Both the position numbers and the translations under genes were made by a program. Positions 32,122-42,468 of a DNA stretch of 51,211 bases are shown one piece after another. The stretch covers positions 1 to 51,211 of the forward strand of contig JAPLDX010000047.1 in the NCBI GenBank assembly GCA_026391215.1. Direction: 5' to 3'. The notes under the pieces are model-generated. The model did not search any database. It was not told the DNA's origin and saw only the letters and a list, made by a program, of their open reading frames with translations. Positions within the stretch are counted from its first letter, which is position 1. Each line of letters starts with the position of its first letter. The stretch comes from Bacteroidia bacterium (GTDB lineage: Bacteria; Bacteroidota; Bacteroidia; Bacteroidales; VadinHA17).

Positions 32122-35100
32122 TTAAATTTCTTTCTTAACTTCTACAAGTTGTTTCCTGTCTTCATGTTTATAGATCAGGTGCAATATTGTTGGGAAAATT
32201 ATCAGAAGAAGAGGCAGGGCAACAACAAAACCACCAATAACGGAAATTGCAAGAGGCCGGTGCATCTGTGCTCCGGTTCCAATTCCTATTGCAAGAGGCA
32301 GCAACGCAATAATAGCTCCAAGCGCTGTCATTAATTTTGGCCGTAATCTTGTAGAAATAGCAAATACAACAGATTCATCAACAGATCCCTTTTGGCGGTT
32401 TGTCATGAATTGCTGAAATGTGAAGATCGCATTTTCACCAATTATACCCACAATCATAATCAAGCCGGTGTAGCTCCCGACATTTAATGGTGTATTGGTG
32501 ATAAACAGGGCGATCAGACTGCCGGAAAGGCCAAGGACGGCAATGAAAAGTATCGCACATGCAGCTCTGAAATCCCTGAAAAGGAATAACATAAGAGCAA
32601 ATACAAGGAGACTGGATAATATGAGTATCAGGAGGAGTTCATTAAATGATTTCTGCTGATCTGCATATTCCCCTCCATACTCAATATGGTATCCCTGGGG
32701 AAGGTATACATTCTTTTCTATCATCTTCTGAATATCCTTCATTGCACTTCCCAGGTCCCTGTTATTCAACCTTGCTGTAACAATTGTTACTGATTTCAGA
32801 TTTTCCCTTGTTATCTCTGCAACACCTTCCTGTACTTTAATATCAGCGAATGAAGAGAGAGGTCTTAATTTACCGTCAGGCATGAAAATATTTTGATTTT
32901 TAACCCGCACAAGAGCATTTTCTGTACTGCCGGGGTAGATCATTCTGATATCGGTCATCTGTTCCTTTTCCAGGATATTTCCAACAATATTCCCTTCCAT
33001 CATAGTCTGAACCTGATATTGAAAGGATTCCGGAGAAACATTAAAACGGGATAATTCCTGATGATCAGGAATAAATTCGATTGAAGGTCCTGCAATAACT
33101 ATCCCATCAAACACATCTTCTATTCCATTAATCTTTTCGATTTCACCGGCAACCTGTTGGCCCAGTTCATTCAGTTTAGCCTGTTCAGTGCCAAATATTT
33201 TGATCTCTATGGGCTGAACAGATGCCATCAGGTCCCCTAACATATCACCGATTATCTGTCCGAAATCCACGAGCAACGCCGGCTGTGTTGCTTCAATCCG
33301 TTGCCGTATATCATCTATTACCTCTTCTGTAGACCGGCCTCTGTTGTTCCTCAGCTGAATAAGATAATCACCGGTATTGGGTTCAGTGACAAAGAATCCC
33401 ATTTCTGTGCCGATCCGGCGTGAGTATGTCTCGACTTCGGGAATATCAACGATTATTCTTTCAACTTCTATAAGGATTCTTTCAGTCTCTTCAAGTGATG
33501 TTCCTGGCGGTGACCAATAATCAAGGATGATTGATCCTTCATCCATCTCTGGTAAAAAACCTGTCTCTATTTTTGGGATGATATAAATGATGGATCCAAT
33601 GAGACATAAAATAAAAAGGATGCTAATTACCGGTTTTTTTATAAAGAAGCTTACCCAGTTTCTTGTTTTGGTAAGTTTGACTGTATTTGTATTTCTTGCC
33701 GGGAATAATGGTCTTAACTGAGAGAACCACAGATAGATTACCGGAAGTCCGATCCACGTTACAAGGAAGGAGCAAATAAGGGTAATTACCATTGTATTGG
33801 TTAGCACATTAAAGTACGCACCTGCCACTCCTCCGAGAAGCATAAATGGAATAAAAATGACAATCGTGCTTATAGATGATCCGATCATGGAAGGCATAAG
33901 GTATTTTATTGCCTGATGAACGAGTTGATTGGATGGCCTGTCAGGAAACTCTTCATGGGTCCTGTGGATCTGTTCAACAACGACCACCGCATCATCAATT
34001 ATCAATCCTATGGCAGCAGCTATTGCACCAAATGTCATTACATTAAGTGTATAGCCGATGCTATAAAGAACAATAATTGTCAGGAAGATTGTTACCGGAA
34101 TTGTAACCATTATTGTCGCGCTGGCCCTGAAGGATCTGAGGAACAGAATAGCTACCAGGATGGCCAGAATGAGCCCTATCCACAAGCTGTCGCTCACACC
34201 TTTTATAGACCGGTTTACAAAATCTGCCTGATCATAATACAGTGATAAATGTACGTCAGCAGGAAGTATCTTTTCAAGCTCTTTCTTTTTTGATGCAAGG
34301 TTCTTTGAAAGATTCACAAGGTTTGCATTAGGCTGCTTCAGGATTGCTATCAGTAAACCCTGACGGCCATTTGCATTTATCCTGGTGTATTCTGTTTTTT
34401 CCCTTACATTGACACTTGCAATATCCTGTACTTTAATTATCCTTTTCCCGTCATTCCTTATAACAACATTTTGAATGTCATTAAGATTGTAAAGGCCGGC
34501 ATCAGTAATAGTCAGATATAATCTCTTGTAATCCGAAAGAAATCCGTTTGAGCTGATAAAATAATTTCTGTTAAGAACATCACCGATCATTTCCGGGGTG
34601 ATGGAAAAAGAACTCATTTTATGCTGGTCAAGCTCAATCCAGAATTCTTTTGTCTTTCCGCCAATTATGCCAATCTGAGATACTCCCTCAACCTGGGAAA
34701 GGAAAGGTTTAACAGTATAAGTTGCTAAAAGGTTTAGTTCAATCGGAGTTCTTTTATCACTTTCAATTGTATAGCCAATCACAGGCAAAATTGACGGATT
34801 CATTTTCTCAATCTGAATCTGAACATCAGGAGGGAGCTCGTTTTTTATCTGTGCTATCCGGGATTCCAGCATTTGCTGATTAATATTGATATCTGCATCC
34901 CAGTTCAGGAAGGCGGATATCTCACATGAACCGCGGCTGGTCATGCTTCGAAGCGTTTTCAGGTCAGGAATCTGTTTTATAGCATCCTCAAGAGGACGGG
35001 TAACAGTTACCATCATTTTATCGACGGGTTGTTCCCCGTTATCAGCAATTATTTTGAGTTTCGGAAAAGTTATTTCAGGAAAGAGAGATACCTGTATCTG

Positions 35101-35196
35101 GCTGTAAAGGAATAACCCACCTGCAATTATTGCTGCCAGAATTAATGAAACCGGACTTTTATATGAAAAGAAGAAATTCTTCATTACAATAATCAC
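32122..35196 (-). CDS. RND efflux permease, CusA/CzcA (heavy-metal efflux)-like
   Basis: LFPEITFP, GLIIDDAVVVVE, FLPEMDEGS and RLRPKLMT motifs; GTG start overlaps the adaptor stop (alternative ATG 35184). Confidence 0.9.
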   Translation of the reverse strand: MIIVMKNFFFSYKSPVSLILAAIIAGGLFLYSQIQVSLFPEITFPKLKIIADNGEQPVDKMMVTVTRPLEDAIKQIPDLKTLRSMTSRGSCEISAFLNWDADININQQMLESRIAQIKNELPPDVQIQIEKMNPSILPVIGYTIESDKRTPIELNLLATYTVKPFLSQVEGVSQIGIIGGKTKEFWIELDQHKMSSFSITPEMIGDVLNRNYFISSNGFLSDYKRLYLTITDAGLYNLNDIQNVVIRNDGKRIIKVQDIASVNVREKTEYTRINANGRQGLLIAILKQPNANLVNLSKNLASKKKELEKILPADVHLSLYYDQADFVNRSIKGVSDSLWIGLILAILVAILFLRSFRASATIMVTIPVTIFLTIIVLYSIGYTLNVMTFGAIAAAIGLIIDDAVVVVEQIHRTHEEFPDRPSNQLVHQAIKYLMPSMIGSSISTIVIFIPFMLLGGVAGAYFNVLTNTMVITLICSFLVTWIGLPVIYLWFSQLRPLFPARNTNTVKLTKTRNWVSFFIKKPVISILFILCLIGSIIYIIPKIETGFLPEMDEGSIILDYWSPPGTSLEETERILIEVERIIVDIPEVETYSRRIGTEMGFFVTEPNTGDYLIQLRNNRGRSTEEVIDDIRQRIEATQPALLVDFGQIIGDMLGDLMASVQPIEIKIFGTEQAKLNELGQQVAGEIEKINGIEDVFDGIVIAGPSIEFIPDHQELSRFNVSPESFQYQVQTMMEGNIVGNILEKEQMTDIRMIYPGSTENALVRVKNQNIFMPDGKLRPLSSFADIKVQEGVAEITRENLKSVTIVTARLNNRDLGSAMKDIQKMIEKNVYLPQGYHIEYGGEYADQQKSFNELLLILILSSLLVFALMLFLFRDFRAACAILFIAVLGLSGSLIALFITNTPLNVGSYTGLIMIVGIIGENAIFTFQQFMTNRQKGSVDESVVFAISTRLRPKLMTALGAIIALLPLAIGIGTGAQMHRPLAISVIGGFVVALPLLLIIFPTILHLIYKHEDRKQLVEVKKEI

Positions 35197-36119
35197 TTAA
35201 CTATAACTCTTGCAGTATCCGGAAGTCCATAGCTGCCTGTGAGAATAATTCTGTCGGTCTGAATAAATTCAGGATCTGTTATTTCAACCTCCTCATTATT
35301 TTCGTATCCTTTCTTAACAGGAATTTTTATAGCTATGGAGTCGTTTATCAGCTTCATCACCCAGAATTCAGTCTGGGTTTCATTGCTTAGGACAGCAGAT
35401 TTAGGCAGGACGAAAGCTTTGTCTTTGCTGCTTTTAACTATTCTGACAAGGGCATTCAAATTTGCAGGAAGACGTCCGGCAAAAACCGGTTTGATAACAT
35501 ACCTTACTGTCTGTGCCTGGGAATCCATTTCCGGAAGATTTCCGGTTATATTACCATTGATAATCTGATCACCCGGCAGTTGAATTTTGCAGTTCCTGTT
35601 TTTTTCGACATATTTTGCAAATTCAAACGGAGTGTCAAGAATAAAAACGAGACTGTTCTGATCCGAGATAACAGCAATTTCATCACCCTCCTGAACGAAG
35701 TCGCCATTCTGATGTGAAATAGAATTTATCACACCAGATGTTGGTGAAATGATGTCTATTCTGCCTTTAAAAGTAAATGTGCTGTCATCTATTAAGGAAT
35801 TATTCATTGCTGATGCCTCGCGGGTCCTGATTGTACAAAGAACCTGGCCTTTCTTAACATACTCTCCCGGAACTATGGAAATATTTTCGACAGTACCGGA
35901 AGTTGCAGACCGGACAATGCTTTTATTAAGAAAAGCAGATACTGCAGGAAGCTCTATGGTCTCTGTAACTGGTTTATTTATCACTTCTGCAATAGTTACC
36001 GGAGTAATAACAGATGCATCTGTTTCAGAAACTGTCTTATTCCGCCTGCATGCAGTTGTAAATAAAATCAGCAACAACAACAAACTGTAGAAGGGAGCGG
36101 TTATTTTTATTGACATCAT
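35193..36119 (-). CDS. RND periplasmic adaptor (membrane fusion protein), lipoprotein
   Basis: Lipobox-like TTAC; lipoyl half-motifs GEYVKKGQVL and SPTSGVI...GDFVQEGD. Confidence 0.88.
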   Translation of the reverse strand: MMSIKITAPFYSLLLLLILFTTACRRNKTVSETDASVITPVTIAEVINKPVTETIELPAVSAFLNKSIVRSATSGTVENISIVPGEYVKKGQVLCTIRTREASAMNNSLIDDSTFTFKGRIDIISPTSGVINSISHQNGDFVQEGDEIAVISDQNSLVFILDTPFEFAKYVEKNRNCKIQLPGDQIINGNITGNLPEMDSQAQTVRYVIKPVFAGRLPANLNALVRIVKSSKDKAFVLPKSAVLSNETQTEFWVMKLINDSIAIKIPVKKGYENNEEVEITDPEFIQTDRIILTGSYGLPDTARVIVK

Positions 36120-36132
36120 AGGGATTTTATGA

Positions 36133-37374
36133 TTATTGGGTGAGAAGAAAGTTTATTTCATTTATTACCTGTAAAATCCGTATCCGGTTATCGCTAAGAG
36201 TTTTAGTAACAGAACGATAGTTTTTCACCGCATTAATATATTCTGTCATCTGGATCACCCCCGATTCAAGCTGTTGCCTTAAAGCATTAACCAGTTGCTC
36301 AGAGGTCGCCAGCTGGTTCTGGAGCTGAACTTCAAGGTTTTTAAATGATTTTAATTCAGAATTAAGCTGCTGTATCTGCTGGTAATATCGCGTCGTAAAG
36401 TTATCGAGATATGAACTTCTTGTATTTTCAGCCAGTTTGAGCTTCTGTTTTTCCTTCTCTTTCTGATTACCATCATAGACAGGTATGCTGAGGTTTATCC
36501 CGGCACTGAAGCCGAAATGCCTGTAAAAATTAAATGGAGTGGCTGTAAGAAATCCGGCATCAGCAAACCAGTTCATTTTTGGCAGGTATCTCATATCAAT
36601 GCCAGCTATATCATTCACAATACGCAGACTGTCAATCTTATACTGCATAAAAAGAGGTGATTTACTGATCTCTGCCATGCCTGTTATTTCAAGAGCAGGT
36701 AAATTCAGATCATAAAATCCTGTATCATTCAGGCCGCATAACTGGTTAAGCAGCCTCATGTCAGTTTCATATTGATTTTTAAGCTGGTTTACGAGAATTT
36801 CCAGGGATTGTGTTTCAACTTGCAATGAAAGATAATCTGTCTGCTTGCAAAGACCATTTAAGACAAATTGATATGTAATCTTATTCTCTTTGTAATAAAG
36901 CTCAAGGAAAGATTTATTAAAGGAAAGGTCATTGTAATCGGCACAGGATATTAAATACTGTTCGGTAATGATCTTCTTTATTTCAGCAACAGATAGCTTT
37001 GTGGAATTATAAGCACCTTGTTTTTGTATATCAATTGCCTGAAACTTGTTTGAGATTTCTCTTTTATTAAGAATATTCTGCGATACGCTTACAACTGCCT
37101 GATAATTACCTCCATCTGTTACGACTTCATCGTACCCGAAATTTGTAAAAACAGGAGAATAAAGCAACTGGGATTTTGCTTCAACCTGTGGCATTTTTGA
37201 AGATCGGATGAGCAGACTATCTAACAGAGCTGAACTGACTTGATTATAATAATCCTTCAGAAGCGGACTGTTCTTTATTCCTTCCTGCAGGTAATAATCG
37301 AGTGTCCTTGACTGGCTCAGTGAGAGCACAGAAAAACAAAAGAATAACAGAACAACAATCGATCTCCTTTTCAT
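36133..37374 (-). CDS. TolC family outer-membrane efflux protein
   Basis: Signal peptide, KNSPLLK, GINLSIPVYDG and coiled-coil segments; in operon with the adaptor and RND genes. Confidence 0.85.
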   Translation of the reverse strand: MKRRSIVVLLFFCFSVLSLSQSRTLDYYLQEGIKNSPLLKDYYNQVSSALLDSLLIRSSKMPQVEAKSQLLYSPVFTNFGYDEVVTDGGNYQAVVSVSQNILNKREISNKFQAIDIQKQGAYNSTKLSVAEIKKIITEQYLISCADYNDLSFNKSFLELYYKENKITYQFVLNGLCKQTDYLSLQVETQSLEILVNQLKNQYETDMRLLNQLCGLNDTGFYDLNLPALEITGMAEISKSPLFMQYKIDSLRIVNDIAGIDMRYLPKMNWFADAGFLTATPFNFYRHFGFSAGINLSIPVYDGNQKEKEKQKLKLAENTRSSYLDNFTTRYYQQIQQLNSELKSFKNLEVQLQNQLATSEQLVNALRQQLESGVIQMTEYINAVKNYRSVTKTLSDNRIRILQVINEINFLLTQ

Positions 37375-37423
37375 ATAAAAGGACTTTCAATATTTTCAAT
37401 GCAAGGTAAGTAAAATCATTATA

Positions 37424-38461
37424 CTACTTTACAGGGGCCACATCCAGCACCATGAAAGTACCAGGCTTGACCGCAGGCCGGCGATTTGTATTTTCTGCAG
37501 ATGGATCCGGAGCTTCATATTCTGCAGTCGACATGAATATATGATGTGTCTTCCTGTCAACAGTTATTGTTCTTGCACCGTGAAGTGTCGGAACATTTTC
37601 AAGAACTGTGAACTTATCAGGACCGATTTCCTGAACCACCGTCATTGTACCCTCTCCATTTGAACTATAGACGCGTTTCAATTCAGGATCAAATGCAGCG
37701 CCGTCGCATCCATCGCCAATTGGAAGGGTTGTTATAATTTTCCCTGATAATGCATCCAGGACAACCATAAGCTTGTTGCTGCAGACTGTGAACAGACGGT
37801 GATTTTCATTATCAAGAGCCATGCCTCTGGCTTCTTCACCGGGTGCAATACTCCATGTTTGTTCGACTTTATCTGTTGTTGAATTAATAACAGAAATCAC
37901 GCTTTTATCTTCAATATTCACATATACTTTGCCCTTACCGTCTGTGACAGAGTTCTCAGGCTTACCATCAAGTTTAATTGTTGAAACAACTTTATTTGTT
38001 GTTCCATCTATCACTGTCGCATTTGCAGTTCTGCCATTATATACAAATACCTTATGGCTGAAGGGATCATATAAAATTGCATCAGGATTCTGGCCGGTTA
38101 CAGGCACTTTAGTTATAAATGCCAGGGATTTAAGATCAATAATAGTCACAGAGGAGTCTCTGCCGTTGCTTATAAATGCTTTATTCAGATCAGCTGCAAT
38201 GGCAATGCCATGAACTCCTTTTGTGTCAGGTATAGTTCCCAGCAGCGTCCCGTCTTTCTCATCAATGACCTGAACGACACTACTGTGCGAAATGAATATC
38301 CTGCCAGTAGATTCATCAACATTCAGATAATCCCAACCACCGTCTCCTTCAAGGTGGAACTTGTTTACTAATTTATATCCTGATGACTCTGTCTGAGCCT
38401 TCAGCAAGTTGCTGCTGCATATAAGAATGAAATAGCTGACAAAAAGAAAGTACTTCTTCAT
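37424..38461 (-). CDS. YncE-family (YVTN repeat) periplasmic beta-propeller
   Basis: GDGGWDYL, GVHGIA, GQNPDAILYDP and GARTITVD motifs; signal peptide begins at MKKYFLF (38461), although the track extends the ORF to 38560. Confidence 0.85.
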   Translation of the reverse strand: MKKYFLFVSYFILICSSNLLKAQTESSGYKLVNKFHLEGDGGWDYLNVDESTGRIFISHSSVVQVIDEKDGTLLGTIPDTKGVHGIAIAADLNKAFISNGRDSSVTIIDLKSLAFITKVPVTGQNPDAILYDPFSHKVFVYNGRTANATVIDGTTNKVVSTIKLDGKPENSVTDGKGKVYVNIEDKSVISVINSTTDKVEQTWSIAPGEEARGMALDNENHRLFTVCSNKLMVVLDALSGKIITTLPIGDGCDGAAFDPELKRVYSSNGEGTMTVVQEIGPDKFTVLENVPTLHGARTITVDRKTHHIFMSTAEYEAPDPSAENTNRRPAVKPGTFMVLDVAPVK

Positions 38462-38556
38462 CTTAATATATTTATTAATATTTAACATAAAAATAATCTT
38501 TTTAAATGAGGCTGATACAATGTATTTTATTGATTCAGCTAATAGCCATTTTATTC

Positions 38557-39360
38557 TCATCCGATTATTACGGATGTCATTGTCAATGAACCTGCTACAG
38601 CCTTATCATTAAATATATGTGCAATTTCATTTTCTTCCTTTAAGGCCAGGCAATAAAGCAATGGAAGAAAATGGTCAGGAGTGGGAACCGCCAGGTTAAA
38701 TGCCTTGCCCTGAGATTTGTAATCAATCAGCTTTTTGTGATCATTTGAAAGGATACAATTTTTAATTTTTTCGTTCGCCTCAATTGCCCAGTCATATCCA
38801 AATCCCGGATTGCCGATATTTTCCCAGCTGGCCATTCCAAGGTTGTGAACCATATTTCCGCTACCGACTATCAAAATACCCTTTTTACGTAGAGGCGAAA
38901 GTTCTTTTGCTAAATCATAGTGATATTGCGGATCTTTATAATAATCCATACTTAATTGAATGACAGGAACATTCGCTTCAGGGTAAAGATGCTTTATCAC
39001 AGACCATGTACCATGGTCAAGCCCCCATTTCTCATCCAGCCCGACTTCGGCCTTTATTATAATGCGTTTTATTTCCCTGGCTAACTCAGGGCTTCCGGGT
39101 GCAGGATAATGAACATTATACAGCTCCTCCGGGAATCCTCTAAAGTCATGGATTGTCTTCGGATTTTTCATTGCGGTTACGTAAGTCCCAGTTGTCTCCC
39201 AATGCGCTGATATACATAAAATAGCAATTGGTTTTGGTATGGTTTTCCCTATGTTCCGCCATCCGGTTACGAATTCATTTTCTTCAATTGCATTCATAGG
39301 GCTGCCATGTCCCAGAAACAGGACAGGCATTTTATCCGTGATAATATTTATTCCAGTCAT
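38557..39360 (-). CDS. ygiD: 4,5-DOPA extradiol dioxygenase (YgiD/LigB family)
   Basis: MPVLFLGHGSPMNA, ISAHW, TIHDF, GLDHGTW, GSGNMVHNL and PTPDHFLPL motifs. Confidence 0.92.
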   Translation of the reverse strand: MTGINIITDKMPVLFLGHGSPMNAIEENEFVTGWRNIGKTIPKPIAILCISAHWETTGTYVTAMKNPKTIHDFRGFPEELYNVHYPAPGSPELAREIKRIIIKAEVGLDEKWGLDHGTWSVIKHLYPEANVPVIQLSMDYYKDPQYHYDLAKELSPLRKKGILIVGSGNMVHNLGMASWENIGNPGFGYDWAIEANEKIKNCILSNDHKKLIDYKSQGKAFNLAVPTPDHFLPLLYCLALKEENEIAHIFNDKAVAGSLTMTSVIIG

Positions 39361-39672
39361 AGCAATTCTTTGCCTTATTTCATTGGAATTTCAATCAACT
39401 AAAGTTCAGGATCGGTAAATTCATAAACAGATAAGTGATTGAGGTTGTTCATACGGGACAAAACTAGTCAAATCTGTTTAATACCATGAATCAAGTTTAT
39501 GGAACTGCTTGTGCATTGATATCCTGATAAAATGTTAAATAATGCTAATTTTAGCAGTTTCAGGATGGTCAGGGAAAGATTTGCAAAATTAAAATTAAAT
39601 CTTTGATCGTTTGAAAAGATCCATATATTTTAACAGGATAAGGTTGACTCTACAAATTGAAATTTTCTGACC

Positions 39673-40965
39673 ATGAATAACCGAATAGTTTTACTCCGGA
39701 CATTTTTATTGTTACTGATTATTTTGCCAGAATCTGGCTTTAGCCAGGGAAATAAAATTATCACCGATACGCTGAGGCAGGGTGCTGTAAAGATCTTTTT
39801 GGATTGTAACGAATGCGATATGAACTATATACGGCAGGAGATACCTTATATTAATTATGTTCGGGATGTCCGTGAAGCACAGGTTTATATACTTGAAACA
39901 ACCCAGAATGCCGGAAGCGGTGGTGATCAATATACTTTTACTTTTCAGGGACAAAGAGAATTTAAGGGGATGAATGATACTCTTGCATTTACCAGCAGCC
40001 CCGACCAGACAAATACCATTATAAGGGAAAAAAGAACCAAGATTCTTAAGATGGGGCTAATGAGGTATGTTGCCAGAACTCCGCTGATAGATGAGATTGA
40101 GATAAACCACAATACTGAGCTTGAACAGGAAGAAGTGGTCGATAGATGGAATAACTGGGTATTTGAATTATCTACAGAACCTCAATATCAATCTGAAGAG
40201 GCAAATAAACGATTGGAGTTGAGAAATTCGATCAATATATCAAAGGTCACACCTGAAATAAAACTTGAAGTCGAAATGGACCAGTTTTATAACAGGGAGA
40301 GGTTCATTGAAAATGTTAATACTGATTCAGCCAGCTCAAATACCTACATAACAAATGAGAAATTCATGAATATGCTTTTTGTGAAAAGCCTTGGGGAACA
40401 CTGGTCTGCAGGAGTTAAATCAAATCTTGGATCCTCGACCCGTGAAAACTATGGCTTCAAAACCGGTTTTCTGCCATCAGTTGAATATGATATTTTCCCT
40501 TATTCGGAATCGACTCACAGACAATTACGAATTTTGTATAGTATTGGTTTTCAGTATAATAAATATATTGACACAACTATCTATAATAAAGTAAATGAAA
40601 GTTTATATTTACAAATGTTAAACATTGCATTCCAGGTGCAGAAGAAATGGGGATCGGTTAATCTGGCTTTGGTAGGTTCAAATTATTTCCATGATTTTTC
40701 GAAGAACAGAATTGAACTTCTCTCCTCAATAAATATAAGAGTTTTTAAAGGATTATCTTTCCAGATCGAAGGTGGAGTAGCTCACTTAAGCGATCAGCTG
40801 AATCTAAAAAAGGGAGGCATTTCCGAGGCTGAAAGATTGTTGCAGTTGAGAGAGCTGGCAACAAAATATCGTATACAAGGAGGTATTGAGATAACTTATA
40901 CTTTCGGATCAATCTATAATAATATTGTTAATCCAAGATTTAGTTCCAGCGACTTTCATTATTGA
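39673..40965 (+). CDS. Hypothetical outer-membrane protein (N-terminal CxxC domain plus probable beta-barrel)
   Basis: Signal peptide; FLDCNECD; beta-strand-rich C-terminus ending YTFGSIYNNIVNPRF. Confidence 0.65.
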   Translation: MNNRIVLLRTFLLLLIILPESGFSQGNKIITDTLRQGAVKIFLDCNECDMNYIRQEIPYINYVRDVREAQVYILETTQNAGSGGDQYTFTFQGQREFKGMNDTLAFTSSPDQTNTIIREKRTKILKMGLMRYVARTPLIDEIEINHNTELEQEEVVDRWNNWVFELSTEPQYQSEEANKRLELRNSINISKVTPEIKLEVEMDQFYNRERFIENVNTDSASSNTYITNEKFMNMLFVKSLGEHWSAGVKSNLGSSTRENYGFKTGFLPSVEYDIFPYSESTHRQLRILYSIGFQYNKYIDTTIYNKVNESLYLQMLNIAFQVQKKWGSVNLALVGSNYFHDFSKNRIELLSSINIRVFKGLSFQIEGGVAHLSDQLNLKKGGISEAERLLQLRELATKYRIQGGIEITYTFGSIYNNIVNPRFSSSDFHY

Positions 40966-41047
40966 GGCTTTTAATCCTGCCTGCAGTAAAAAATCGCTTC
41001 CCACCCTAAAATATTTTTATTATATAAATATGCGTTTATATAAACAT

Positions 41048-42436
41048 TCATTTATATGAATGATCTGAAAAAACTTCATTAGAGGAGTACTTTTGTATTT
41101 TTATTATTGCAGTTACTATATCTTCCATGTCTCTCATTGTACCCAGGAAAACTTTTTGTCCCAATGATAATCCTGTCTCCTTATCGATTCTTTCGTTGAC
41201 CGGGCACAAATTTTCTCTTCTGTATTTATCAAGTCGCTCTTTGGAAAAAACCTTCTGAAATCCCCGTAAGTTTAAGTAAGTTTCAATAAAGGGATCCAGA
41301 TGAAGTGAAGAATCGATCCCGCGTCCAAATGGGATTCCTTCAGCGCGCATAGCTTCCACGAACTTTGTTTTGGGCAAATCATTAAAATACTCCTTTTCAT
41401 ATATCAGTTGATATTCGTAGAAGGATCGCCTGGTTTGGCCAGAATATTTTTTAGTCGGACGGACGCCTTTAATTTCAGACAATAATTTTTCCAGGTAAAG
41501 GGAATTCTCATCACGTTGAGCGCTTTGTACCTCCAGACGACGTATTTGTCCCAGTAAAGTGGCTGCAACAAATGGTGTTATCCGAAAATTAGATCCGGGG
41601 AAGGATCTTCTCTGACCTCTGGGATCTCTTCCATTATTAGTGTACGCATCGACTTTAGCCATAATATTATCGTCATTCCCTATAACGGCACCGCCTTCAC
41701 CTCCGCAGAGACTCTTTCCTTCCTGGAAACTAAAACAACCCAGATCACCAATAGCCCCCAGTTTCTTATTCCTCCATTCGCCCATATGTGCCTGACAGGC
41801 ATCTTCAATGACCACCAGGTTATGCTTTTTTGCAATTGCCAGTATCTTATCCATATCTGCTGCAGCTCCTCCGATGTGTACAGGAAGAATAGCCCTGGTA
41901 TTTGGTGTTATTCGTTCTTCTATCAAATCGGCATTTATCATAAATGTTTCAGGATCTGAATCAACAAACACAGGTAATGCAAATAAATTGAATGTAGTCT
42001 GCGCAGTGGCAATAAATGTGTTTGTTTGTGTAATGACTTCATCACCAGGACCAATATCGAAGGCACGCTGCGCTGCATCCAGTGCATCGGTTCCGGAGTT
42101 GGTAGTGGCACAATAACTAACTCCCATAAGTTCTGCAAACTCCTTTTCAAACCTGACTGAAAGTTCTTTATCAGAATTACTGTATTCTGACCATTTCTTG
42201 CTTTTATAAGCATCCAGATACATTTGTACATCCGAATCTTCATATACAGGCCACGATCCTCCGAGAGCAGAACCTTTTTGGCGAACAGGAGAACCACCAA
42301 GTATTGCAGGTTTTTCAACATCCTGAATTATGTCAAGATAAACAGATGCCAATCCGGTTGAGGCAAGGGTAACTCCTGCTGCACCTATCGACGTCTTTTT
42401 AACAAACGTTCTGCGTGTTAATGGTTTATTTTTCAT
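41048..42436 (-). CDS. DegT/DnrJ/EryC1/StrS PLP aminotransferase with a twin-arginine (Tat) leader
   Basis: LTRRTFVKK leader; NSGTDAL, PVHIGG, IEDACQAH and FSFQEGKSL (PLP Lys) motifs; ATG 42436 chosen. Confidence 0.88.
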   Translation of the reverse strand: MKNKPLTRRTFVKKTSIGAAGVTLASTGLASVYLDIIQDVEKPAILGGSPVRQKGSALGGSWPVYEDSDVQMYLDAYKSKKWSEYSNSDKELSVRFEKEFAELMGVSYCATTNSGTDALDAAQRAFDIGPGDEVITQTNTFIATAQTTFNLFALPVFVDSDPETFMINADLIEERITPNTRAILPVHIGGAAADMDKILAIAKKHNLVVIEDACQAHMGEWRNKKLGAIGDLGCFSFQEGKSLCGGEGGAVIGNDDNIMAKVDAYTNNGRDPRGQRRSFPGSNFRITPFVAATLLGQIRRLEVQSAQRDENSLYLEKLLSEIKGVRPTKKYSGQTRRSFYEYQLIYEKEYFNDLPKTKFVEAMRAEGIPFGRGIDSSLHLDPFIETYLNLRGFQKVFSKERLDKYRRENLCPVNERIDKETGLSLGQKVFLGTMRDMEDIVTAIIKIQKYSSNEVFSDHSYK

Positions 42437-42468
42437 ATTTTTCACAGAGCTTGCTTTAGCTGATAATA

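Noticed and set aside
38462-38560. 33-aa N-terminal extension of the YncE ORF overlapping the ygiD stop
   Set aside because: The signal peptide starts at 38461 and the extension looks like AT-rich intergenic sequence; translational coupling cannot be supported.
39399-39452. 17-aa ORF (MNNLNHLSVYEFTDPEL) upstream of ygiD on the minus strand, next to a TAGTTTTG box
   Set aside because: Too short and featureless to distinguish from chance.
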